A DNA stretch of 64,000 nt from an uncultured bacterium (GCA_963732385.1 CAVSZB010000007.1:96001-160000), one strand, 5' to 3'. Positions 8,885 through 19,105 are shown, counted from the first letter of the stretch. The notes: generated by a model from the letters alone, not told the origin. A program made the numbers and translations.

Positions 8885-9861
8885 GCGCGGCGCGGCGCTG
8901 GTGGGAACTGGCGGCCAAGCTGGCGCTCAGCGCCCTGCTGCTGGCCTGGCTGTTCTCCAGCCACCTCTCGGTCACGGAGATCCGGGGCGCGCTCGCCGCG
9001 CCCCGCTGGTCGTGGCTGCTGGGCGCGCTCGTCGTCTACGGTCTCTCGACGCTGGGCGGCACGCTGCAGTGGCTGTGGATCCTGCGGGCGGCCGGGGTGA
9101 CGGCGTCGGCCGGCGAGTTGCATCGTCTCTACCAGGTGGGGCTTTTCTTCAACAATTTCCTTCCCGCCAACGTTGGCGGAGACGCCGTCAAGATCTTCGA
9201 CCTCGGCCGGCAGGAGGGCCGCCCGCTGAAGATCTTCTGCGCGACCGTTCTCGACCGCCTCATCGGCCTGACCGGTCTGACCCTGCTCGCCCTTGCGGCG
9301 GTCGCGCTGATCGCCGCGCGGACCGCCGCGTTGCCGACGGTCTACCCGCTGCTCCTGGCGCTGCTGGCCTGGCTCGCCCTGCTGGCGCTGATGCTGTCGC
9401 GGCGGGTCTCGTCGCGACTGCCGCGTCTGCTGCGGCGTCTGCGCGCCGCCGCCGCCGCCGCCCGCGTGGAGGAGGCGCTGGGCGAGTTCGCGCTCTACCG
9501 GCCGCGGCTGCGCTGGTTCCTGGGGGTGCTCACCTTCTCGGTGGTCGTGCAGGCCTTGCGCGTGGCCACCCACCTGCTGGCGGCCGCCGGCCTGGGTCTG
9601 GCTCTGACCGGCCTGCAGTCGCTCCAGCTGTTCGTGCTCGTGCCGCTGCTCGGCATCCTGGTCGCGCTGCCGGTCTCGATCAACGGGATCGGCCTGCGCG
9701 AATCGTTTACCGCCCTCCTGTTCACGAGCGCCGGTCTTGGGCGCGCTCCCGCCGTGGCGATGGAATTGATCGCTTTCCTCGTCCAGGTCGCCTGGAGTCT
9801 GGTCGGCGGTGCCCTGTTCCTGCTGGGCCGGCGCCGGGCGCGAGCGATGGACGAGATTTGA
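8881..9861 (+). CDS. YbhN/UPF0104 flippase-like membrane protein (lysylphosphatidylglycerol synthase TM domain family)
   Basis: Multiple TM segments; GLFFNNFLPANVGGD, DRLIGL, LPVSINGIGLRE. Confidence 0.85.
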   Translation: MSAARRWWELAAKLALSALLLAWLFSSHLSVTEIRGALAAPRWSWLLGALVVYGLSTLGGTLQWLWILRAAGVTASAGELHRLYQVGLFFNNFLPANVGGDAVKIFDLGRQEGRPLKIFCATVLDRLIGLTGLTLLALAAVALIAARTAALPTVYPLLLALLAWLALLALMLSRRVSSRLPRLLRRLRAAAAAARVEEALGEFALYRPRLRWFLGVLTFSVVVQALRVATHLLAAAGLGLALTGLQSLQLFVLVPLLGILVALPVSINGIGLRESFTALLFTSAGLGRAPAVAMELIAFLVQVAWSLVGGALFLLGRRRARAMDEI

Positions 9862-9908
9862 GCGCTCCCAGGACGGGGGACCGTCCGGGAACCGTCCGGG
9901 CGTCGGGG

Positions 9909-9937
9909 TTGTTGGCTATTGGTTGATGTGGTAGATT
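9909..9937 (+). promoter_or_regulatory. Possible sigma70-type (extended -10) promoter for the DUF2723 operon
   Basis: TTGTTG-N17-TAGATT with TG-n before the -10, in a T-rich intergenic patch. Confidence 0.35.
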
Positions 9938-10045
9938 GCGCCGCGGCGGGCGGGTCCGCCGAAGCGGGGCGCCGGGGCGCCGGGGCCGGGCCCTGGGGCA
10001 TGCGGATCGAGCCGGGCGAAGGGAGCGGGTTTGCGCAAGGACTGG

Positions 10046-12757
10046 ATGCGGCAGCCCGGGGCGTGGAGCGCCCTGGGTGTTTTCGTGCTGGCTCTGGTGG
10101 TCTATGTCCGGACCATGGCGCCGAACCTCAGTTTCTGGGACTGCGGCGAATACATCACCTGCTGCCATATCCTGGGCATACCGCACCAGCCCGGCACACC
10201 GCTCTATGTGCTGATGGGGCGCGTCTTCGACATCCTGCTCTTCTTCTTCTCGACGGCGCGGGCCGTGAATTTCATGTCGGCGTTCTTCAGCGCGCTCGGG
10301 GTGATGTTCACCTATCTGGTGATCGCCGACCTGGCGCGTCGCGCCGATCCCGATAGTGGCTGGCTGGCGCAGGCCGGCGGCGTGATCGGCGCCCTCTTCC
10401 TGCTGTTCAGCGACACCTACTGGAACAACGCCGTCGAGGCCGAGGTGTACGGGCTGGCGGCCTTCATGGTGGCCTTGCTCGCCTGGCTCGGCCTGCGCTG
10501 GTACGACGCGCGGCGCGAGGCGCATGGCGACGGCATCCTGTACCTGATCTTCTACCTGCTGGGGCTGGGGGTCGGCTTCCACCTCGGCGCGCTGCTGGTC
10601 TATCCCGCGATCTTCATTCTGGTGGTGCTGTCGCGCGACCGCAGGTTGTCCCTGCCCGACCTGATGATCGCCAGCGCCGGGCTCGCGCTCTTCCTGCTCT
10701 CGACGATGCTCAAGAGCAGCGGCACCCTGCTCCTGCTGCTCGGCGTCTACACCGTTCTGGTGGCCGCGCGCGCACTGGCCGGTCGCCGCTTCGCGCTGAT
10801 CGGATCGGGACTGTTCGTGCTCGGACTGTCGGTGCATCTGTACATGCTGATCCGCGCCGGCCAGCACCCGGCGATCAACCAGTCGCAGCCCGACAATTTC
10901 GGCACGCTGATGTCGGTCCTGCGCCGCGAGCAGTACCCGCCGATCGACCCGTTCCAGCGGCAGGCGCCGCTGTGGAGCTGGCAGTTCCCCTACTACTATG
11001 AGTTCCTGCTGCGGCAGTTCTCGTTTTTGGGAGACGGCCGCGGCGCGCTCGCGCGGATCGGCATCTTCGTCGGTCCGATCTTCCTGGGGCTGCTCGGCAT
11101 TTTCCACGGTCTGCGGCGCGCCCGGCCCTGGATCTGGATGCTGCTCGCCGGCTATCTCATCAACGCCGAAGGCCTGACGCTCTATCTGAATTTCAGCAAC
11201 CACGAGGTCCGCGAGCGCGACTACTTCTATTCGACCGGGTTCATGTTCGCGGCCATGCTGATCGGACTGGGCGCGGCCGCGCTGCTGCGCTATGCGGCCG
11301 GCCCCGAGGGAAAATCGGCGCGGCAACTGGCGGCGGGAAAGCGCGTGGACGCGGTGCGCGCCGGTCTCCTGGCGAAAATCGCCGCCGGGCTGCTGATCGT
11401 CATCGCCGCGCTGCCGCTGCTCGTGCCGGGACATCCGAAGTGGGTCCAGCACGACCGTTCGCGCAACTCGATCCCCCGGGAGTACGCCTGGAACATGCTC
11501 GCCGGCCTCGACCGCAACGCGATCATCTTCACCAACGGGGACAACGACACCTTCCCGATCTGGTACCTGCAGGAGGTCGAGAAGTTTCGCCGGGATGTCA
11601 CGGTGCTGAACCTCAGTCTCGTGAATCTCCCCTGGTACGTTAAGCAGATGCGGCAGCGCGATCCCGACCTGCCGCTCTCCTACACCGATCAGCAGATCGA
11701 CCAGCTCGAGGCCCGCATCTACGAGAATCCCAGCACGGGCGAGCAGCAGATCCTGTATGTCCGCGACTACATCGTGCACGACGTCCTGACCGCGAACCGG
11801 AAGCGCCCCTCGCCGCGGCCCGCCTTCTTCGCGGTGACGATTCCCAAAGAGAACATGGATCTCTACTTCCCCTACCTGAAGATGGAGGGGCTGATGTTTC
11901 GGCTGATGCCCGACAAGCAGCCGGGGGGGGAACCGGGCGTGGACGGCGAGCGCACGCTGCAGAATCTGCTCGGCGTATACGACTACCGGGCGCTGCTGAC
12001 GGGCGACTCCGCGGCGCGCAGACGGCTGTTCGCAGACACGGCCGGCGCGTCGCCCGCTGCGAGCGATGCGGGCGCGCCGGTGCGGCTGGCGGGCGTGGCG
12101 GGAGCGCGGTTGGATTTCGAACCGCTGGTGGCCCTGCTCGGCGAGAAGCGGCGCGATGTCTGGCGCGACCAGAACACGACGAACCTGCTGGGCAACTACC
12201 CGGCGGCGGCCGTGCGCGCCGGGTATGGCTATCTGCTCGAAGCGCAGGCGGAATCGGTCGCCGACACGGTGCTGTACGACCATCTCATCGATCGCTCCCT
12301 GTCCGCCTTCGAACTGGCGCGACGCTTCGACCCGTTCTTCCCCACGGTCGGGGATTTCTATCCGCTGTTGCTGGTGGAGAAGGGCCGCAGCGGGGAGGCG
12401 CTGGCGTTCCTCGATGAGTATCTGGTGTCGGTCGGACCGGGCCGGAGGGTGCGTCCGGAGGAGGCCGAGGAGTTGCTCAACAAGACGATGATAGCGATGG
12501 CCAGCAGCGGGCGGTCGGGGGCGGCCACCACCTACCTCGAAAACCGGATCACGGCCGCGCCGCGCGATCCGATCGCCTACCGCGTGCTGTTCAACGTGCA
12601 GCGGGTGAGCGGCGACATTCCGACGGCGCGGCGGATCCTCGAGCGCTGGCGGGCCGCCAGCGGGCAGGGAGATGCCGAAATGGAGCGGGTCCTGCAACGG
12701 CTCGACGTCACCGGTTCCCCGGCGGCGCCTCCGGATACACAAGGGGATGAGCAATGA
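10046..12757 (+). CDS. DUF2723 / TMEM260-like GT-C membrane glycosyltransferase with TPR-like C-terminus
   Basis: SFWDCGEY...HQPGTPLY, AVEAEVY, EVRERDYF, TNGDNDTFP.WYLQEVE..RRDV...NLSL; many TM helices. Start could be TTG 10031. Confidence 0.88.
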   Translation: MRQPGAWSALGVFVLALVVYVRTMAPNLSFWDCGEYITCCHILGIPHQPGTPLYVLMGRVFDILLFFFSTARAVNFMSAFFSALGVMFTYLVIADLARRADPDSGWLAQAGGVIGALFLLFSDTYWNNAVEAEVYGLAAFMVALLAWLGLRWYDARREAHGDGILYLIFYLLGLGVGFHLGALLVYPAIFILVVLSRDRRLSLPDLMIASAGLALFLLSTMLKSSGTLLLLLGVYTVLVAARALAGRRFALIGSGLFVLGLSVHLYMLIRAGQHPAINQSQPDNFGTLMSVLRREQYPPIDPFQRQAPLWSWQFPYYYEFLLRQFSFLGDGRGALARIGIFVGPIFLGLLGIFHGLRRARPWIWMLLAGYLINAEGLTLYLNFSNHEVRERDYFYSTGFMFAAMLIGLGAAALLRYAAGPEGKSARQLAAGKRVDAVRAGLLAKIAAGLLIVIAALPLLVPGHPKWVQHDRSRNSIPREYAWNMLAGLDRNAIIFTNGDNDTFPIWYLQEVEKFRRDVTVLNLSLVNLPWYVKQMRQRDPDLPLSYTDQQIDQLEARIYENPSTGEQQILYVRDYIVHDVLTANRKRPSPRPAFFAVTIPKENMDLYFPYLKMEGLMFRLMPDKQPGGEPGVDGERTLQNLLGVYDYRALLTGDSAARRRLFADTAGASPAASDAGAPVRLAGVAGARLDFEPLVALLGEKRRDVWRDQNTTNLLGNYPAAAVRAGYGYLLEAQAESVADTVLYDHLIDRSLSAFELARRFDPFFPTVGDFYPLLLVEKGRSGEALAFLDEYLVSVGPGRRVRPEEAEELLNKTMIAMASSGRSGAATTYLENRITAAPRDPIAYRVLFNVQRVSGDIPTARRILERWRAASGQGDAEMERVLQRLDVTGSPAAPPDTQGDEQ

Positions 12758-13803
12758 CCGGTACGGAGCTTCAGGAGCTGGTCTCATCCCTGCCCGACGG
12801 TGTGCCGCCTGCGGTAGGGCGGGGGCGGCGCGTGGTCGTGACCGGCTGCGCCGGTTTCATCGGCAGCCACCTCACGGAGGCGCTGCTGCACCTCGGATGC
12901 GAGGTCGTCGGCGTCGATGCGCTGACCGACTACTACGACCCGGCCTTCAAGCGGGAGAACCTGGCCGGCGCCCTGGCCCATCCCGGCTTCCGCTTCGTGG
13001 AGGCGGACCTGCTCGCACTCGACGCGGTCGAGTTGTTGTCCGGCGCCGCGGCCTGTTTCCACCTGGCCGCCCAGGCGGGGGTACGCGCGAGCTGGGGGCG
13101 CCACTTCACGGAGTATCTGGCCCGTAACATCCTGGCCACCCAGCATCTGCTCGAGGCGTGCCTCGATCCGGCGGTGCGCAACGGCCTGACGCGCTTCGTC
13201 TACTCGAGCTCGAGTTCAGTCTACGGCGAGCGCGCCGCTCTGCCGGTCACCGAGCAGGCGCTGCCCCAGCCGCACTCGCCGTACGGGGTGACCAAGCTGG
13301 CGGCCGAGCACCTCTGCCTGCTCTACTCCGCGAACGCCGGCGTGCCGACGAGCAGTCTGCGCTATTTCACGGTGTACGGCCCCCGTCAGCGACCCGATAT
13401 GGCGTTCCGCAAGTTCGTCGACGCGGCGCTCGACGACGGATCGTTCGCCATGTACGGCGATGGGCGCCAGACGCGCGATTTCACCTACGTGGCGGACGCC
13501 GTGCGCGCCAACCTGCTGGCCACCGCCGCGCCGGGTGTGGGGGATGTGTTCAATGTCGGCGGCGGCGCCCGCATCTCCCTGGCCGAGGCGCTCGAGCGGT
13601 TGACCGCCCTGCTGATGCCGCTGCCGGACGGGCGGACGCCGCAGATCGAGCGACATCCGGCGGCGCGCGGCGATGTCCGCGATACCTTCGCCGACCGCAC
13701 CCACGTCGAGCGGACGATCGGCTACCGCCCGACCGTGCCGTTCGACGAGGGGCTCGCGCGCCTGGTCGCGTGGGCGCGGGGCAGGAGGACGACTCGTGGC
13801 TGA
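12754..13803 (+). CDS. NAD-dependent nucleotide-sugar epimerase/dehydratase (UDP-glucuronate 4-epimerase-like)
   Basis: VTGCAGFIGSHL, HLAAQAGVR, SSSSVYG, YGVTK, YFTVYGPRQRPDMA. Confidence 0.93.
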   Translation: MTGTELQELVSSLPDGVPPAVGRGRRVVVTGCAGFIGSHLTEALLHLGCEVVGVDALTDYYDPAFKRENLAGALAHPGFRFVEADLLALDAVELLSGAAACFHLAAQAGVRASWGRHFTEYLARNILATQHLLEACLDPAVRNGLTRFVYSSSSSVYGERAALPVTEQALPQPHSPYGVTKLAAEHLCLLYSANAGVPTSSLRYFTVYGPRQRPDMAFRKFVDAALDDGSFAMYGDGRQTRDFTYVADAVRANLLATAAPGVGDVFNVGGGARISLAEALERLTALLMPLPDGRTPQIERHPAARGDVRDTFADRTHVERTIGYRPTVPFDEGLARLVAWARGRRTTRG

Positions 13804-14740
13804 ACGCGCGTCTCCGGTCTGCGACATCTCGGTCATCATCCCGGCCTACAACGAGGCGGAATCGTTGCCCGAGCTGCTCGAACGCATCGACGAGGTCGTG
13901 CGGGGCATGGGGCGCACCTACGAGGTGTGGGTGATCGATGACGGCAGCCGCGACGGCACGTTCGCGGCGGTCGAAGCGGTGGCGCGGCGCCTGCCCCAGG
14001 TCCACGCGCTGGTTTTTACCCGGAACTTCGGCAAGGCCGCGGCCCTTTCGGCCGGCTTTGCGCGGACGCGGGGGCGGATCGTCATCACCATGGACGCCGA
14101 TCTGCAGGACGACCCGGCCGAGATCCCGCGGCTGGCGGCGGCGATCGAGGCTGGCAGCGATCTGGTCTCCGGCTGGAAGCAGGACCGGCAGGACGGATTC
14201 ATCAAGAACCAGTCGTCGCGGGTCTTCAACGGGGTCACCGCGCTGATGATCGGGCTGCGGCTGCACGACTTCAACTGCGGCCTGAAAGCGTATCGCGACG
14301 AGGTGGTCCGCACCGTGCGGGTCTATGGCGAGATGCATCGCTTCATCCCCGCCATGGCCCACCTCGAGGGATTCCGCGTGACGGAACTGCCGGTGCGGCA
14401 CCACCGTCGTCGTCACGGTCGCACGAAGTACGGTGCGAACCGGTTCCTGAACGGCTTTCTTGACCTGTTGACACTGCTGTTCCTCAACTCCCGCGCCACC
14501 TCGCCGCTGCATTTTTTCGGGCGGATCGGACTGCTGATGTTCCTGCTCGGCTCCGGTATCAACGGCTACTTCCTTTTCGAGTGGGCCACCGGGCACGGCC
14601 TGCGGCTGCGGCCGCTGCTGTTGTTGGGAGTGGTCCTGTTCATCATGGCGGTCCAGTTCGTCAGTCTCGGCCTGATGTCCGAGCTGATCGTCGCCGGTCG
14701 CCATCCGGAGCAGGAATACCGTGTCCGGCGCGAATTCTGA
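13796..14740 (+). CDS. GT2 polyprenyl-phosphate glycosyltransferase (ArnC/GtrB-like)
   Basis: IPAYNE, DDGSRD, RNFGKAAAL, MDADLQDDP, HDFNCGLKAY, two C-terminal TMs. SD AGGAGG before GTG 13796. Confidence 0.9.
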   Translation: MAERASPVCDISVIIPAYNEAESLPELLERIDEVVRGMGRTYEVWVIDDGSRDGTFAAVEAVARRLPQVHALVFTRNFGKAAALSAGFARTRGRIVITMDADLQDDPAEIPRLAAAIEAGSDLVSGWKQDRQDGFIKNQSSRVFNGVTALMIGLRLHDFNCGLKAYRDEVVRTVRVYGEMHRFIPAMAHLEGFRVTELPVRHHRRRHGRTKYGANRFLNGFLDLLTLLFLNSRATSPLHFFGRIGLLMFLLGSGINGYFLFEWATGHGLRLRPLLLLGVVLFIMAVQFVSLGLMSELIVAGRHPEQEYRVRREF

Positions 14741-15665
14741 GCCGCGGTCGGGAGGGGAGGCGGGGCCGCTTCCCTCCTTGACGGTGGTCGTCGTCAACTG
14801 GAACGGCCGCCACCTGCTCGCCGAATGTCTCGGCTCGGTGCTGACCAACGGCTACTCTCCGCTCGAGGTGATCCTGGTCGACAACGGATCGACCGATCAT
14901 TCGGTGGAGTTTGTGCGCAAGGCGTTTCCCACGGTTTCGATCATCGTCTCGCCGGAGAATCTGCGTTGGGCGGGTGGCAACAATCTGGCGCTGCGCCGTC
15001 TGCGCGCGGAGCCGCCCCGCAACCGGCAGATCCTGCTGCTCAACAACGACACGTTCGTGCCTGAGGGCAGTCTGACGCGGCTGGTGCTGGCGCTGCACGG
15101 TGAGCCGCGGGCCTGGGCGGCCACCCCGCGCATCTGCTACTTCGACGATCCCGCCCGGGTCTGGTACGACGGCGGCGAGGCGGGGCCGCGTTCCGGCTGG
15201 ATCAGGCACCACGGCATCCGGCGTCTCGCCGGGCGCCTCTCGTTCCAGCCCCGTTTCGTGGACTGGGGCACCGGCTGTGCCCTGCTGCTCGGCGAAGACG
15301 CCCTGCGCGAGATCGGCGAACTCGACGAGAGTTTCTGGTTCTACGGCGAGGACTCCGACTATTGCCTGCGCATCAAGGCGGCGGGGGGGCGCATCCTGCA
15401 CGTGCCGACCGCCCTCGTGCTGCACCATGTGAGCGATGCGCTCGGCAGTTTCAGCCCACGCAAGGCCTACCTGAAGAGCCGCAGCCACGTCCGGCTGCTG
15501 CGGCGGCACTGGCCGCGGCGCAGTTGGCCGCTGCTCGTGCCGAGCCAGGTCGTCTTCTACGGCGGGCTGACGCTGTGGCACCTCTTTGGCGGTCGGCGCG
15601 AAACAGCCTCTGCCGCCCTGCAAGGCGTGCTCGACGAATTGCGCGGCGCCCCGCCCGGCTGCTGA
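14721..15665 (+). CDS. Glycosyltransferase family 2 (rhamnosyltransferase-like)
   Basis: VVVNWNG, VDNGSTD, LLLNND, GCALL, FYGEDSDYC. Confidence 0.9.
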   Translation: MSGANSEPRSGGEAGPLPSLTVVVVNWNGRHLLAECLGSVLTNGYSPLEVILVDNGSTDHSVEFVRKAFPTVSIIVSPENLRWAGGNNLALRRLRAEPPRNRQILLLNNDTFVPEGSLTRLVLALHGEPRAWAATPRICYFDDPARVWYDGGEAGPRSGWIRHHGIRRLAGRLSFQPRFVDWGTGCALLLGEDALREIGELDESFWFYGEDSDYCLRIKAAGGRILHVPTALVLHHVSDALGSFSPRKAYLKSRSHVRLLRRHWPRRSWPLLVPSQVVFYGGLTLWHLFGGRRETASAALQGVLDELRGAPPGC

Positions 15666-15681
15666 CGGCCGCCGTCGGCGG

Positions 15682-15711
15682 TGGACACGCGGTCGAGGGC
15701 GATGCTATCCT
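15682..15711 (+). promoter_or_regulatory. Possible sigma70-type promoter
   Basis: TGGACA-N18-TATCCT with TG-n extended -10, 45 nt before the TTG at 15757. Confidence 0.35.
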
Positions 15712-15756
15712 TCCCGATCCGTCCACCGTGCCGCCAGGAGAAGGAAGGAAACGGTC

Positions 15757-18378
15757 TTGTCGTCGCGACGCCCGCGAGCGACCCCGCCACCGATCGCGCC
15801 CGCGGCGGCGAATCGATCCCGTCGGCGTCTGCCGGAGGGGCTCCTGCCGCTGGTGGCGGTGCTCCTGGCGCTGGCCCTGCTCTACCCCGGCCCGTTGTTC
15901 CAGGGACGGATCTTCGTCAGCGGAGACGCGCGTAACCAGGATGCCTTCACGCTCGTCGGTGATGCGGCGCTCGCGCGCGGTATCTACCCGCAGTGGAATC
16001 CCTATCTGTTCGGCGGGATGCCTACCTTCGGCTCGCTCAGCTACACGAAATTTGTCTATCCGCCGTCGGTCGTCCTCAACTTCCTGCACGATCCCCTCGG
16101 CCTGCCGCCCCTGACCTGGCTGTTTGCGCACCTCATCTTCGGTGCATTGGGCATGGCCTGCCTGCTGCGCCGCTGGGGGGTGTCGCCCGCCGGACGGGCG
16201 TTGGGCGGGCTGGTCTGGGTGCTGGCGCCGAACGTGGTCGCGTGGTGCGTGTACGGGCACGGCTCGAAGCTTGGCGCGGCGATGTACCTGCCGTGGATCG
16301 TGGCGGGGGCGTTCGAGGTGCTGGGCGGGGGCGGTCGGCGCGCGGTGGCGCTGACGGCGCTCATGCTGGGGCTGCAACTGCTTCGCGGACACGTGCAGAT
16401 CACCTACTACACCCTGCTGGCGGTGGGGCTGCTGGCGGTGGCGCAGACCTGGCGGCCGTTCCTGCCGGCGGGTGCCACCGGCGCGGCGGCATCGTTGTCG
16501 GAACCTCCGCTCCCGGTGCGCGCCCGCCGTCTGGGGGCGCTGGCCGGGGCGCTGGCGCTCGCCTTCCTCCTCGGTGCGGTGCTGCTGTTGCCGCTGCGCG
16601 GTTACGCCGGCGCCTCGATCCGCGGCCTGTCCGCGAGCGGGGGCGGCGCCTCGTACGACTACGCCACGAACTGGAGTTTCTCGCCAGCCGAGTTGCCGAC
16701 CCTCGTGCTGCCGGCCGCCTCCGGTTTCGGCAAGGGCAGCTACTGCGGGCCGATGCCGTTCACCGACTATCCGAACTACTTCGGCTTCCTCTGGCTCGCG
16801 CTGGTGGTCGCCGCGGCCTGGGCGGCGCGGCCGCGGCTGGCCTGGGCGCTGCTCGTGCTTTCCCTGCTCGCCCTGCTGGTCTCTTTCGGACGCCATGGTT
16901 CGCCTCTGTTCGACCTGTTCTACCGGCATCTGCCCTACTTCAACAAGTTTCGCATCCCGGTGATGATCCTGATCCTGCCCACGTTCGCGCTGGCGCTGCT
17001 GGCGGCGCTCGGCGCGGACGCGCTCGCGCGCGACAGGACCGGTCCCGGCCGCGGCCGGGGGGACCGGTTGCGGGCGGCGCTGCCGGTCGGTCTGGCCCTG
17101 CTCGGCGGCGTGCTTTTGCTGGGCGCCGTCGGTCTGGCGAGAGGTCCCTACCAGGACCAGTTGCGCGCGCTGGCCGCGGGCGCCGGGCGGCCTGGTCCGG
17201 TGGCGGGCCAGCTGGCGGTGGCGTGGAATCTGCAGCGGGCCGATCTCGTGCGCATCGGCGCTCTCCTGCTCGTCGCGGGCGGCGTGCTGGCCTGGGCGGC
17301 GCGTCATCCCGGATTCCGGCGCGCCTGGCTCGGCTGGACGCTGGCTGCGCTCGTGGCGCTGGATCTCGGCGCGGTGGCGACACGCATCGTGCATCCGGAG
17401 CGGGCGCTGATCGAGGTGGGGCAGGATGCCCAGGGGCAGGCGGCGCTCGTGCGGGCGACGCCGCTGCTGGCCGACTTCGTGCCGCCTCGTCGCGATCTGG
17501 GACAGGGGCCGGTCTTCACCTCGCTCGCGCAGCAGGTCGGACACGATCGGGTCTGGCCGCTCGGCGCGCTCGGAGGCAGCGGGGATTTCATGGCGGCCGG
17601 GGTGCGTTCGCTCGGCGGGTACCATCCGGCCAAGCTGGCCGCCTTCGAGCCGATCCGGGAGCGGCTGTTCGGGCGCGAGGAGCCGGCGGCGAGACTGGCA
17701 AACTGGCTTGCCGGCCGCGTGGTGGCCGTGCCGGGCGAACTGCCGCCGCAGGCGCAGCCGTGGTTGCGGGAACTGGGCGCGGACCTCGTCTTTCCGCCGC
17801 TGCTGAGCGGCGGCGGCATGACGTTCTACGCGAACCGCGCGGCGTTGCCGCGCGCGCGGCTGTACGACCGCTGGATCGCGGTCGGTTCGCTGCCGGGCGG
17901 CGGCCAGCTGGACAATTTCCTGGAGCGGCTGCAGTCGGGCGCGTGGGGGCCGGACCGGCCGGTCGCGCTCGATCGGACGCCGGTTCCGGCCCCGCTGCCG
18001 GCCGGCGCGCCGCTGCCGGCCCCGATTTTCGAGCGGGACGACCTCGGCGAGGTGTGCCTGCGCACGACGGCGCCGGTTCCGAGCGTGTTGCTGCTGGCCG
18101 ACATGGCGGCACCCGGCTGGACGGTGTCGATCGACGGGCGTCCGGCCACCGCGTTGCGTGGCGATCTGGTGCTGCGGGCGGTGGCGGTTCCGGCTGGCGA
18201 CCATCTTGTGCGGTGGGTCTATAGCGATCCCTGGCTGCGCCGCGGTCTGGTCTGCAGCGCCGGGGGCAGCGTGATCCTCCTGCTCCTGCTCGCGCCGTGG
18301 CCGACGGTCGCGGCGCATCGCACGCGGGGGGAAGGGTCGGCGCAGCGCGATCTGTCCGGCGAAGAGGGGCGGGGATGA
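15757..18378 (+). CDS. YfhO-family GT-C membrane protein
   Basis: PQWNPYLFGGMP, GHVQITYY, FNKFRIP, many TMs, C-terminal PGWTVSIDG...VLRAVAVPAGDH.V. TTG start follows a purine-rich SD; start uncertain. Confidence 0.82.
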   Translation: MSSRRPRATPPPIAPAAANRSRRRLPEGLLPLVAVLLALALLYPGPLFQGRIFVSGDARNQDAFTLVGDAALARGIYPQWNPYLFGGMPTFGSLSYTKFVYPPSVVLNFLHDPLGLPPLTWLFAHLIFGALGMACLLRRWGVSPAGRALGGLVWVLAPNVVAWCVYGHGSKLGAAMYLPWIVAGAFEVLGGGGRRAVALTALMLGLQLLRGHVQITYYTLLAVGLLAVAQTWRPFLPAGATGAAASLSEPPLPVRARRLGALAGALALAFLLGAVLLLPLRGYAGASIRGLSASGGGASYDYATNWSFSPAELPTLVLPAASGFGKGSYCGPMPFTDYPNYFGFLWLALVVAAAWAARPRLAWALLVLSLLALLVSFGRHGSPLFDLFYRHLPYFNKFRIPVMILILPTFALALLAALGADALARDRTGPGRGRGDRLRAALPVGLALLGGVLLLGAVGLARGPYQDQLRALAAGAGRPGPVAGQLAVAWNLQRADLVRIGALLLVAGGVLAWAARHPGFRRAWLGWTLAALVALDLGAVATRIVHPERALIEVGQDAQGQAALVRATPLLADFVPPRRDLGQGPVFTSLAQQVGHDRVWPLGALGGSGDFMAAGVRSLGGYHPAKLAAFEPIRERLFGREEPAARLANWLAGRVVAVPGELPPQAQPWLRELGADLVFPPLLSGGGMTFYANRAALPRARLYDRWIAVGSLPGGGQLDNFLERLQSGAWGPDRPVALDRTPVPAPLPAGAPLPAPIFERDDLGEVCLRTTAPVPSVLLLADMAAPGWTVSIDGRPATALRGDLVLRAVAVPAGDHLVRWVYSDPWLRRGLVCSAGGSVILLLLLAPWPTVAAHRTRGEGSAQRDLSGEEGRG

Positions 18379-19082
18379 AAAGCTGCGTGGTCATCCCGAC
18401 CTACAACGAGGCGGAGAACATCGGCGGGCTGGTGCCGCTCGTGCTGGCACGCGACCCGGAGTTGTCGGTGCTCGTGGTCGACGACACCTCGCCCGACGGC
18501 ACGGGGGCGATTGTGCGCGCCCTGCCCGGATTCGGAACACGCGTCCACCTGTTGTCGCGGCCGGTCAAGGCGGGGCTGGGCGCCGCGTACATCGCCGGCT
18601 TCCAGTGGGTGCTCGCCCATACCGACGCCGCAGCGATCTTCGAGATGGACGCCGATTTCAGCCACGATCCCGCCGCGCTCGACCAGTTCCTGCGCGAGAT
18701 CCGCGACGCCGACGTCGTGATCGGCAGTCGCTACCTGCACGGCGTGACGGTGGTCAACTGGCCGCTGCGCCGGTTGGTGTTGAGCGTCGGCGCCAACATC
18801 TACACGCGGATCGTCACCGGGATGCCGCTCAAGGACAGCACCGGCGGCTTCAAGTGCTTCCGCCGCGAGGTGCTGGCGGCGCTGCCGCTCGAGCGCATCA
18901 AGAGTGACGGCTACGGGTTCCAGATCGAGGTCAACCACCTTTGCTGGCGGCGGGGCTACCGCATCAGGGAGATCCCGATCACGTTCACGGACCGGCGGGT
19001 CGGCATCTCCAAGATGTCGAAGCGGATCATCTGGGAAGCGATGTGGATGGTCTGGGCGTTGCGGCTGAAGCGGATCTTCTAG
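18375..19082 (+). CDS. Polyprenol monophosphomannose synthase (DPM1/Ppm1-like GT2)
   Basis: IPTYNEAENI, DD.SPDGTG, GLGAAYIAGF, EMDADFSHDP, D.TGGFKCFR, F.DRRVG.SKMS. Confidence 0.93.
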   Translation: MKSCVVIPTYNEAENIGGLVPLVLARDPELSVLVVDDTSPDGTGAIVRALPGFGTRVHLLSRPVKAGLGAAYIAGFQWVLAHTDAAAIFEMDADFSHDPAALDQFLREIRDADVVIGSRYLHGVTVVNWPLRRLVLSVGANIYTRIVTGMPLKDSTGGFKCFRREVLAALPLERIKSDGYGFQIEVNHLCWRRGYRIREIPITFTDRRVGISKMSKRIIWEAMWMVWALRLKRIF

Positions 19083-19105
19083 GGCGCGGCGCGCCGGGGG
19101 CGGAC

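Noticed and set aside
9722..12787. Very long antisense ORFs (1021 aa here; also 3530-5950, 15451-18319, 21435-24107, 33074-35221)
   Set aside because: Shadow ORFs opposite well-supported genes; expected in high-GC DNA and lacking motifs.
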